From: a bacterium
GTDB taxonomy: Bacteria > Babelota > Babeliae > Babelales > RVW-14
Reading direction: 5' to 3'
DNA length: 14,885 nt
Assembly: GCA_043822925.1 (NCBI GenBank)
Contig: JBDRBF010000029.1
Span: 1-14,885 of the forward strand
The position numbers and the translations under genes are program-made. Positions 6,212 through 14,117 of the stretch are shown piece by piece. The notes under the pieces are model-generated. The model saw nothing but the letters and a program-made list of their open reading frames with translations, ran no database searches and was not told the origin of the DNA. Position 1 is the stretch's first letter. The number at the start of each line of letters is the position of its first letter.

Positions 6212-9079
6212 TCACATCTTGAATCGTAATTCTACTTCAGAACCAATCTCACCACGCTGGTCTTTGACGAATTTAAGATTAATGTCATCAGAAAGTAGAT
6301 ATTCGACCTGGAAACCAAAGTCGTCTTGTAAATCAAAATTCTTTTGGATTTGGGCATGAAGTTGCTTGCCCAAATCTACAGATATGACCCCTTTGATGCC
6401 TCCACGTCCAGACTGATCAATAAAATTTGGCGTAATTTGAACATATTTTAATGGTCGAGCCAGTTTTTCAAAAAATGCATTTGCTTTGGGAACTACTTTG
6501 TTATTACCCAAAAGAAGTAAGTGCAAATTCTGCATGATCATAGAAGACAGATTTGTTTGCAACGTTGCATTTTCTGACCCGGCCAAAATTAATCCCAAAA
6601 CTTGCTCTTCACGCAACGTCGGAGAAGATTCAAGCAAAATATTCGGCTTCTGCAAAGAACCAGTCGCCTGCAAACTTACGGTATATTTATTAATTCTATT
6701 TTTTGCGATTAAATCAATTAATGGATCATGCAAGTGTGAAGGCACAAACTGAATTTTTCCATATTCAATATATAACTTGTTATCCAAAAACTGCAGAAAC
6801 CCGCCTTCTAAATTAATATAGCCCTCTAATCTTGGCGCTTCATCATTGTTTAAATATTCTATGAACATATCAAGATTTGCATGGGTATCAAGCACTCCTG
6901 TTTGTACGTGTATAGGCTTATCACAACGTACACGCAAGCTAAAATCGAAACCATTCTCATGAGAGCTACCAAACTTAAACGGCCGATCAACTAAGCTCTC
7001 TACATTATCTTGAGCAAACGGGTTATTTTTTAATAGCGACTTTTGTAATAAAATATCACCATCTATCCGAACAAGACTTCTTGAGTTCTTGGAACACATA
7101 AATGACCCACTAATAAACCCATAAAAGTCATTTTTCCAATTAACAAATAGATTCTTAAATTCAATAGGAGCATGCACTGAACTGAGTGCGTAATTATCAT
7201 CAAATTGTGCAACTATTTTGGCACTATGTGCATGCCCATTAAAAAAAGATACATAGGGTTCTTCTAATTCTATTTTTTTTGATACAGTATGAATTTTAAA
7301 ATTCGCTTTAAAGCTTTTAATTATATTACGAGCCTCAGGAACATACAAACGACCCTTATTTAACCAAACCGTTCCCGTTAACGTTTCAATATCATCTTGA
7401 TTAACGCTAATTCCAATATAAGAATGCGATCCTAAAACTGCTCTTTGATAATTTTGACTCAGTAACGACTGAATAAAAGAAAAATGAGCAACGCCAACAA
7501 GCTTTTTATGCTCAAGATCCCCAAGCTGCAAAGAGACGAGTTGTTTACTATTTTTCCAGCAAGAAAAACTTTGTAAGTATGGTTTTGCATTAAGCACCAC
7601 AACGCCATCATAACTTCCCTCAAGCGCCTGGCCATCAAAAGATAAGCTTTTTTTGTCTGGACCCAACGCAAAAGCACCATCTAAACTCATGTGATCGTCA
7701 GATATTTTCTTAAACGCTTTAACTTGATACTTGCCTGATATTTTCTCTTTCTTTCTCATTACCTGAACGCTCACTTTTTTAGGACCAATCTCCCATGATG
7801 ACGCTTTTTTCCCTTGGTCTCCAAAAAAGTTTAATGGTGCATTGTTTGATAAAATAAGCGATTGTTCATCTTTTTTTCTGTTCCAATTAAATTTACCTGT
7901 GCACGCTAGCCCCGGCTTATAAACAGCCGTAACACGTGAAGAAATAGTGTCACCATTTACAGATATCCCATTCAACCCAACTAAAGGCAAAGAAAAACAC
8001 CCATAACGTATCTTTTTAAGATACACATCTGCGTGCGCTGTAAAAACATCACACGCTCTTTGAATATCACACGTAATAGAACAAACACCCCCAAAATCTT
8101 TCGCTGGCGTTTCGTCTATATTGTTTAAAAGTGCATACGCACGATAGATAAGCGCAACCGGCATAGATCCAGAGATATTAATAATATCTTTCTGGAAAGC
8201 GACAGAAATATCAAGATCCCGGCTGGAAAGCCGAAATTTAGGACAATTATTACCCCAAGAACCATTAAGTACATGTGTATCTTTTTTAGGATCAAGAGGC
8301 TCTAAAACAAGAGGCTCTAAAGATGCCCGATCTTTTGTCACAGCTTGTTCTTTTTGTTGTACAATATGCGTAAAACGGTCAGCAATCGTAACGGTCCATG
8401 TCTGATCGAGATCCAATTTGTGAAAATTATTATTTCCAGCTAAATCAGCAATAAGTTTTTTGCCATTAAGAAAAACATCACCCCGCTTAGAAACTAAAGA
8501 TCCACGCCATTCTGGAGAACTTTGTGACAGCTTAGAATCTAAACGACGCAAAATAAAATCACCGACACAATCAAATGCTACTGTTTTATTTTTTTGTATA
8601 CTCTCTTGCCCTGTAACAATATTCGCTTGCACATTAATATTATGAACAGCTATCGATGCACATACAACTTTCAGTCCCTGAGAATCTGTATTAAAAATGT
8701 CCCCAAAATGGGTAATAATATCAAGCCCACTATTCGAATAGCCTGTTATAATCTTGCCATCATTAAACGTCAAACTTAGCGTTAACTGTTTTTTGAAAAA
8801 CAAATCAAATAAAGAAATATGAATATATGCTTTAGAAAATCCCCAATCACAATTTTGCTTACCTGACTTAATTATCCCATTTTCAAACTCTAAGTTTCTG
8901 GTAATAAAATTTATGCGTGCTTCTTGAACAATAATTTGTGCATTCCATTTTGTTTGTAAATAAGTAAGAATTTTTCTCGTCATAGCATTTTGAATACGGT
9001 TATTTGTTTGCAACACAAAAAATGCCGTAATTATGCTTATGATAAAAAATATAACTATATTTTCGAGTACTTTTCTCAT
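6212..9079 (-). CDS. tamB: Translocation and assembly module TamB-domain protein (AsmA-like)
   Basis: N-terminal membrane anchor and a long beta-rich body. The C-terminal TamB/DUF490 pattern reads PRLEGYINLEGG...YGKIQF...DPLIDLIA...VSLQATGSLQKPNILLESSPTLREEQVLGLILAG and ends in beta strands. Confidence 0.85.
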   Translation of the reverse strand: MRKVLENIVIFFIISIITAFFVLQTNNRIQNAMTRKILTYLQTKWNAQIIVQEARINFITRNLEFENGIIKSGKQNCDWGFSKAYIHISLFDLFFKKQLTLSLTFNDGKIITGYSNSGLDIITHFGDIFNTDSQGLKVVCASIAVHNINVQANIVTGQESIQKNKTVAFDCVGDFILRRLDSKLSQSSPEWRGSLVSKRGDVFLNGKKLIADLAGNNNFHKLDLDQTWTVTIADRFTHIVQQKEQAVTKDRASLEPLVLEPLDPKKDTHVLNGSWGNNCPKFRLSSRDLDISVAFQKDIINISGSMPVALIYRAYALLNNIDETPAKDFGGVCSITCDIQRACDVFTAHADVYLKKIRYGCFSLPLVGLNGISVNGDTISSRVTAVYKPGLACTGKFNWNRKKDEQSLILSNNAPLNFFGDQGKKASSWEIGPKKVSVQVMRKKEKISGKYQVKAFKKISDDHMSLDGAFALGPDKKSLSFDGQALEGSYDGVVVLNAKPYLQSFSCWKNSKQLVSLQLGDLEHKKLVGVAHFSFIQSLLSQNYQRAVLGSHSYIGISVNQDDIETLTGTVWLNKGRLYVPEARNIIKSFKANFKIHTVSKKIELEEPYVSFFNGHAHSAKIVAQFDDNYALSSVHAPIEFKNLFVNWKNDFYGFISGSFMCSKNSRSLVRIDGDILLQKSLLKNNPFAQDNVESLVDRPFKFGSSHENGFDFSLRVRCDKPIHVQTGVLDTHANLDMFIEYLNNDEAPRLEGYINLEGGFLQFLDNKLYIEYGKIQFVPSHLHDPLIDLIAKNRINKYTVSLQATGSLQKPNILLESSPTLREEQVLGLILAGSENATLQTNLSSMIMQNLHLLLLGNNKVVPKANAFFEKLARPLKYVQITPNFIDQSGRGGIKGVISVDLGKQLHAQIQKNFDLQDDFGFQVEYLLSDDINLKFVKDQRGEIGSEVELRFKM

Positions 9080-9084
9080 GTTTT

Positions 9085-9144
9085 GTCATCCCAGACTTGC
9101 CAGCCCTTCGTAGCCACCTGGGCGTAGTAGGGATCTGGGATCCA
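9085..9144. repeat. Composite repeat: the 27-bp palindrome interrupted by a 33-bp second element
   Basis: 9085-9098 plus 9132-9144 equal the reverse complement of 3464-3490 at 26/27. The insert 9099-9131 resembles 11291-11337. Confidence 0.85.
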
Positions 9145-9156
9145 TCCTATTTCTTA

Positions 9157-9711
9157 TTATTCCAGTCCCATTATTTCCCACTTCCCAGTACCCCAACGAT
9201 ACTTTCTCACACAGGCAACAGGCGACACAGAACAAGTAACTGCCCCCATAAATTTCTTATGCTTATCAGTTAAATATACAGTACCGGGGGACATTTTGCC
9301 ATCGGGTAAGCATATTGCACAAGAAACACCCCAATTCTCCTGAGAGTTTGACTGAAAAGTTACAGCCTGGCTAATTATTTGGTTTGGACTTGCCGGGGGA
9401 CCCTTTACCGTATCAATAAACCCAATATTTATAGGGTCACTGAGCTTATTTATACACGTTTTACCCCCAAGCCCAATATACGAATACGCATTTTGGCTTA
9501 CATCAAACGTAATTTTTTGAGTCTGCCCAGAAGCCATGGCTTTTTGCTGAACGTATAAAAAACCAATAACAAGCTTATTTAACTCAGAATTAAGCATATA
9601 ATCTGGTGATTTAATAAATAAAGGTGCAACCAAAGCACAGAGTGCAACAAAAACAGCCAAAACTACCATTAATTCGATAAGAGAGAACGCTTTTTTAAAA
9701 CTTTTACCCAT
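9157..9711 (-). CDS. Prepilin-type N-terminal cleavage/methylation protein (GspH/FimT-like minor pseudopilin)
   Basis: MGKSFKKA|FSLIELMVVLAV: class III signal with Glu+5 and a hydrophobic helix. The helix and strand QKAMASGQTQKITF and DGKMSPGTVYL are GspH/FimT-like. Confidence 0.85.
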   Translation of the reverse strand: MGKSFKKAFSLIELMVVLAVFVALCALVAPLFIKSPDYMLNSELNKLVIGFLYVQQKAMASGQTQKITFDVSQNAYSYIGLGGKTCINKLSDPINIGFIDTVKGPPASPNQIISQAVTFQSNSQENWGVSCAICLPDGKMSPGTVYLTDKHKKFMGAVTCSVSPVACVRKYRWGTGKWEIMGLE

Positions 9712-9864
9712 TTATTGCCCTACAAAACTCTACGTTAAAACCTAAAAACTTTAATAACTTTGCTTTATTCCAACTAAGACCATAAGTAAAAGCTAGAACA
9801 TTTTTCAATAAAACCCAAAACTTAAAAAACAAAGCAGGCTAAAAACACCCTTAAGGTAACTATA

Positions 9865-9893
9865 TTGACAAAAAAACAAGCACATTCTAAACT
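9865..9893 (+). promoter_or_regulatory. sigma70 promoter TTGACA-17-TAAACT for the 205-aa gene
   Basis: Consensus -35 at 9865-9870, 17-bp spacer, -10 at 9888-9893, 75 bp before ATG 9969. Confidence 0.7.
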
Positions 9894-9968
9894 CGACGCA
9901 CAAAACTTTAGGCAACATAGTCTTTAGTTCGATTTCTATAATATAATCTCATTACGAAAGCACGTTTT

Positions 9969-10586
9969 ATGAAAAAGACCAGCTTGCTCAAATATGCCCT
10001 ACTTTTATCTCTTGCTTATGGCGCCACACTTACTGCTCATCAATCAAGCTCGGTTCAAAACCTTCGCCCATTCAATCCACAAGAGCTTTCAACTATTACT
10101 GCATCAAATCTAGAAAAAAACACGCCCATAAATTCTCAACAAGATATCCAAAGCTTTATAAACAAACACGAAATAATAAACCAAACGCTTTCTAAATATA
10201 ATGTTACCGGTTGTGCTTCCGCCATTGATCCAAATTTTACTTTTATCGCTGGAACAATAAGTCCAGATTTTTGGATTATTTTTAGCGATCAAAACAATAA
10301 TGCCAAATTAAAAAACTACAAAGCTCAGATAAACACCTTTGGCTTCAAATTTGTCCTCGCTGTTAATATTGACTGCATTTTTTTAGTCAACACAGATCCT
10401 GATTTTTACAATATAAAAAAAGCCATTCGTCTTGGCGTAGGAATAGACTTACGAATGGGCTTAGCAAATATCACCTATGTTCCATTTTCAAATGTTCCAG
10501 GCGGCATACTAATTTTCGGCTTACCTCTTGGTTTCTCAGGGGGCATCAGCATAGTTACCGGCGGACATCTTACACCCATTAATTAA
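9969..10586 (+). CDS. Exported hypothetical protein (205 aa) with Gly-rich beta-strand C-terminal half
   Basis: Signal peptide MKKTSLLKYALLLSLAYGATLTA, its own promoter and a downstream hairpin. Confidence 0.8.
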   Translation: MKKTSLLKYALLLSLAYGATLTAHQSSSVQNLRPFNPQELSTITASNLEKNTPINSQQDIQSFINKHEIINQTLSKYNVTGCASAIDPNFTFIAGTISPDFWIIFSDQNNNAKLKNYKAQINTFGFKFVLAVNIDCIFLVNTDPDFYNIKKAIRLGVGIDLRMGLANITYVPFSNVPGGILIFGLPLGFSGGISIVTGGHLTPIN

Positions 10587-10600
10587 TCTCTTGAAACAAA

Positions 10601-10624
10601 ATAGGGGACAACATTGTCCCCTAT
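10601..10624. terminator. Intrinsic terminator hairpin between the convergent 205-aa gene and ruvA
   Basis: ATAGGGGACA-ACAT-TGTCCCCTAT, with a T-rich tail on the minus strand (TTTGTTT). Confidence 0.75.
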
Positions 10625-10660
10625 ACTTCTCAAACAAAATCTAATACTAAAAAAATACAT

Positions 10661-11266
10661 CTATAGAGCGTTGCCAGAAAGAAACGAAAGCGCAGACCGA
10701 ATTAATTGGTCCAAGCCACAATTTTGGCCCCGGTATTTCTCAGTCAAGTGCGCCATTGCTTTAGAAACTTCCTGATTTGAATAATTAAGCGTAGCAAGTA
10801 CGTCGCCAACATTTTGCCACTGTACAAAATTCTCTTGAGTGTCTGCAATAATCTGACCAGTAGAAAGCATTTTTTGTACTTTGTGTTTAAGCTGCACAAT
10901 AATCTGTTCAGCTTTTTTCTCGCCAACACCAGAAACAGTGCTTAATTTTTTTTCATCATGCATCGTCACAATCTCTAAAAATTGCGAAGGTGAAAACTGA
11001 GACAAAATACCAGTGGCTATAGACGGCCCAATTTTTGAACACGTAATAATTAATAAGAAAATTTTACGCTCAAGCTCTGTCTGAAACCCAAAAAAAGATG
11101 GTCCATTTTCAGCGTTCCAGTGAGAATAAACGTACAGTTTTTTTAAAGTACCTACAGCCAAACCCTGAGTATTAGGCACCTGCAATGCCATCCCAAAAGC
11201 CCCGACTTCGACAATAATAAACTTGTCTCGCAGCTCTGTAATTGTTCCGGAAATATAATCTATCAT
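10661..11266 (-). CDS. ruvA: Holliday junction branch migration protein RuvA
   Basis: MIDYISGTI N-terminus, FFGFQTELERKIFLLI, HhH motifs KIGPSIA and SGVGEKKAEQIIVQLK, and domain III VLATLNYSNQEVSKAM...LIRSAL. Confidence 0.96.
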   Translation of the reverse strand: MIDYISGTITELRDKFIIVEVGAFGMALQVPNTQGLAVGTLKKLYVYSHWNAENGPSFFGFQTELERKIFLLIITCSKIGPSIATGILSQFSPSQFLEIVTMHDEKKLSTVSGVGEKKAEQIIVQLKHKVQKMLSTGQIIADTQENFVQWQNVGDVLATLNYSNQEVSKAMAHLTEKYRGQNCGLDQLIRSALSFLSGNAL

Positions 11267-11290
11267 GGGCTCACTCTTGCTAAAAAATTT

Positions 11291-11337
11291 GCCTGCCCTC
11301 CGTAGCTACAAGCCGTCAGGCGAAGAGCGCAGGAGGG
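11291..11337. repeat. Short imperfect-hairpin intergenic element (CCCTCCGTAGCT...AGCGCAGGAGGG)
   Basis: 11291-11309 matches 9099-9117 at 16/19 and the right arms also correspond. It abuts the mltA stop codon. Confidence 0.7.
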
Positions 11338-12480
11338 TCACTTTTTATACAAGATATAGGCATCTGTAACCGTAGGCAAATTCCCCATAGATTTTCTAAA
11401 ATCTTCCCGGCTAGAAAAAATACCTGCAAAATAATCAAGCTTATACAAGTTCTTCACAAATGCACCGCCAGTATCAGCCATAACGCCAAGGCGCATTTCA
11501 GGCTTTTTTGTTTTGGGATTAAGATACGAAAGCGCAATAATTTTACCGATACCAATATTATAAATATCACCAGCAAAGACAATGCCCTTGCGCTGGATAC
11601 AATGGGTATAAAGTTCTTTAAACTGGTTACCCTTAATTTCACAAAAATAAAAAACTTTTTCACTATCTTTCATTGTTTTATATGCGCTCATTTTTTGGGG
11701 CAAGTGCAACCGAAAGGCTTTGATTGCATTATTTGGACCATTTTGTACCGTTTTACCAACAGGATTACCAGACATTTTAACAAAAACAGTACCTTGCATG
11801 AGGGCATCTTTATACCCAGCCTCAGTAAGCCACGCAAGCACGCCTGAGCGTACAACTTTAAGTTCGTCATCATAAAATGGCAAACTCATAAGCGGCTTAC
11901 AAAATTCTTTTGTTTTTTCATAACGTCCAGGAAACTGGAATACAGCGTATTGAGTAAGACGTATTTTACCCGGCCGAAAAAAAATATCGTTACGTTTAAG
12001 CGCCGTTTCATAATCGCCGGACCACTTTATACACGAAAAATTTCTAGCAATAAAATCAGGGTCATTAATCCTGAATTTGCCTTTTTTCTTATCGTTTTCG
12101 ATCGCTTTTATTATAAACTCAAGCGTTTTTTTCACATTACTTTCACCAAAATAACGCTGACTAAATAAACGCGGGGCAAACACATGCTTATGTGTTGCCT
12201 GAAACCTATTTATATACTCAAGTGTATCGCGCGCCACACACTGCAAATATAATGGATCTGTTTCAATTGTTTCATATTTAAACGGCGCACGAACAAGAGG
12301 CGTAAAACATTTTTCAACGCCATCTTTTTTGACCAATTCTTTTATCTTTTCCGGATCCATTTGACCAGAATGTACCGTTTTCATTTGATCAATAGAAAAA
12401 GCTTGTGACCTTTGACTAAAAAACAGCCAAAAAAACGCCCCTAAACACGTGAGAAATAAAGCCCCTTTTAACTTTTTCAC
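11338..12480 (-). CDS. mltA: MltA-family lytic transglycosylase-like protein (3D domain)
   Basis: C-terminal GVMADTGGAF...KLDYFAG is the MltA/3D catalytic signature. LTQY and ALMQGTVFV resemble the MltA TGYY and QGS motifs. The start is moved from 12585 to GTG 12480, which follows a G-rich SD-like run and begins a signal peptide ending SQA. Confidence 0.8.
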   Translation of the reverse strand: MKKLKGALFLTCLGAFFWLFFSQRSQAFSIDQMKTVHSGQMDPEKIKELVKKDGVEKCFTPLVRAPFKYETIETDPLYLQCVARDTLEYINRFQATHKHVFAPRLFSQRYFGESNVKKTLEFIIKAIENDKKKGKFRINDPDFIARNFSCIKWSGDYETALKRNDIFFRPGKIRLTQYAVFQFPGRYEKTKEFCKPLMSLPFYDDELKVVRSGVLAWLTEAGYKDALMQGTVFVKMSGNPVGKTVQNGPNNAIKAFRLHLPQKMSAYKTMKDSEKVFYFCEIKGNQFKELYTHCIQRKGIVFAGDIYNIGIGKIIALSYLNPKTKKPEMRLGVMADTGGAFVKNLYKLDYFAGIFSSREDFRKSMGNLPTVTDAYILYKK

Positions 12481-12626
12481 GAGTCCCCCCCCTAAAATTA
12501 GCTTCTCCCCTTTTTGTACGTATTTCTTAACTAGTTTAGGCCGATAGAGGGAAAAATAGTCAAGAGCCCTGTTTTTTGCACACAAAACCCGCCTACCACC
12601 AAGTTTTCTATTATTGGGTATTATTA

Positions 12627-12661
12627 GCTTTTCATCCTGGATTGAGCCCAGGATGAAAAGC
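12627..12661. repeat. Perfect 14-bp-stem hairpin in the divergent mltA/AAA intergenic region
   Basis: GCTTTTCATCCTGG-ATTGAGC-CCAGGATGAAAAGC. It shares the TCATCC...GGATGA core with the GTCATCC repeat family. Confidence 0.75.
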
Positions 12662-12677
12662 CTTTATCTCGCATTTA

Positions 12678-12734
12678 TTGCAAAATGGCATCGCTGATGC
12701 CATAATGAGACTCAAAATGGCATTAGCGATGCCA
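12678..12734 (+). promoter_or_regulatory. Promoter TTGCAA-17-CATAAT overlapped by two palindromic operator-like boxes
   Basis: -35 at 12678-12683 and -10 at 12701-12706. Box 1 is ATGGCATC-GCT-GATGCCAT (12685-12703) and box 2 is TGGCATTAGCGATGCCA (12718-12734). GAGG RBS at 12751-12754. Confidence 0.75.
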
Positions 12735-12761
12735 ATATGTAAATCTTAACGAGGAACCACT

Positions 12762-13919
12762 ATGAATTTTATTAAACGTTTTTTTAACAAACCAACCCAA
12801 AGCTTCTTTCTTTTTGGCCCGCGCGGGACCGGAAAATCAACCCTCGTTAAAGCGTGCTATCACAATGCACTCTGGATAGATCTTCTGAATCCAGAAACAC
12901 TCCGCAGTTTCAGCGCACGGCCAGAACGCCTATTTGAGTTTGTTGAAGCAAACCCAAACAAAAAAACAGTCGTCATCGATGAAGTACAAAAAGTACCTTC
13001 GCTTTCGAGTGTCGTACATGCACTTATAGAAAAGGACAAAACAGTGCAATATATTCTAACCGGCTCAAGCTCACGCAAACTCAAACAAATGCAAGGGGAC
13101 TTGCTTGCCGGACGAGCGCTCAAAAAACAACTCCACCCATTTATGGCTGCAGAACTCGGCAGCCTTTTTTCTCTAGAAAAGGCACTACAAATCGGCATGC
13201 TTCCCGTTCTTATGGAGGCACAAGATCCTGCGAGCGCACTACAGGCATATGTTGGGCTTTATCTAAAAGAAGAAATACAGGCCGAAGGCCTTGTAAGAAA
13301 CCTGGAAAGCTTTTCCCGCTTTTTAGAAGTTATCAGCTTTTCACATGCATCAACACTTAACGTCACGAATATATCCAGAGAATGCGAAGTTAAAAGAAAA
13401 ACAGTAGAAAACTATATCGAAATTTTAGATGAACTACTCTTAACCTACAGTCTTCCTGTTTTTACCAAACGCGCAAAGCGCGATCTCAGTTCCCATCCTA
13501 AGTTTTATCTGTTCGATTCTGGTGTTTTTAGAGCCCTGCGACCCAAGGGAATACTGGATAAAGTAGAAGAGATTGAGGGAGCCGCACTTGAGGGACTCAT
13601 TGTGCAACACCTAAAAACCTGGAACGACTACAGTACAGAAAATCACGACTTAGCCTTTTGGCGTACACGGTCAGGACTGGAAGTCGATGTTATTGTGTAC
13701 GGCCCGCTCGGGTTTTGGGCAATCGAAATAAAAAATGCGAAAAAAGTTCACTCAGTCGATATTAAACCACTTGAAGCATTCTTGGAAGATTATCCAATGG
13801 CAAAAGGCCTTCTTCTTTACCGTGGGCACGAACAGCTCATGATCAATAACATCTTATGCATGCCGTGCGACAAATTTCTTATGGACCTAAAACCAGATAG
13901 CCCATTATTGCCAGAATAG
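12762..13919 (+). CDS. AAA_14 ATPase with DUF4143 and C-terminal PD-(D/E)xK-like nuclease motif
   Basis: Walker A GPRGTGKS, Walker B VVIDEVQK, TGSS and LAGR. An HTH-like segment NVTNISRECEVKRKTVENYIEIL is followed by KFYLFDSG and EVDVI...AIEIK. Confidence 0.93.
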   Translation: MNFIKRFFNKPTQSFFLFGPRGTGKSTLVKACYHNALWIDLLNPETLRSFSARPERLFEFVEANPNKKTVVIDEVQKVPSLSSVVHALIEKDKTVQYILTGSSSRKLKQMQGDLLAGRALKKQLHPFMAAELGSLFSLEKALQIGMLPVLMEAQDPASALQAYVGLYLKEEIQAEGLVRNLESFSRFLEVISFSHASTLNVTNISRECEVKRKTVENYIEILDELLLTYSLPVFTKRAKRDLSSHPKFYLFDSGVFRALRPKGILDKVEEIEGAALEGLIVQHLKTWNDYSTENHDLAFWRTRSGLEVDVIVYGPLGFWAIEIKNAKKVHSVDIKPLEAFLEDYPMAKGLLLYRGHEQLMINNILCMPCDKFLMDLKPDSPLLPE

Positions 13920-13922
13920 GCA

Positions 13923-13946
13923 TTGTCATCCTGAACTCGCCATCCC
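13923..13946. repeat. Degenerate left half of the composite repeat
   Basis: TTGTCATCCTGAACTCGCCATCCC matches 9083-9106 at 19/24 and lies directly after the AAA gene stop. Confidence 0.55.
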
Positions 13947-14014
13947 ACCTGTAATCCTAACGCGTTCTTTTAAAGCCTTGCGCTAATCATCCCCCCGATC
14001 TTTCACCAAAACGC

Positions 14015-14044
14015 TTGCGCAACCCTGCGCACTTTTTGCATACT
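14015..14044 (+). promoter_or_regulatory. Putative promoter TTGCGC-18-CATACT for the 213-aa gene
   Basis: Same architecture as 3541-3570, with AGGAG RBS just before ATG 14118. Confidence 0.45.
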
Positions 14045-14117
14045 TGTATCCAGACACCAATAAACACGCAACCAAAGCCAGTAATTTATATGCCCTATTT
14101 TTTACCAGGAGCCTATT

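Noticed and set aside
8293-8321. 14-bp tandem duplication in tamB (LEPLV-LEPLD)
   Set aside because: It is an in-frame 15-bp-period micro-duplication in a probable loop, with no evidence of function.
12481-12585. N-terminal extension of the 415-aa ORF
   Set aside because: GTG 12480 has an SD-like run and places the signal peptide at the N-terminus, so the extension is probably non-coding.
12681-12735. Two 32-bp-spaced palindromic repeats as a mini-CRISPR
   Set aside because: There are only two units, the spacer is too short, no cas genes are present, and the position over a promoter fits operators better.
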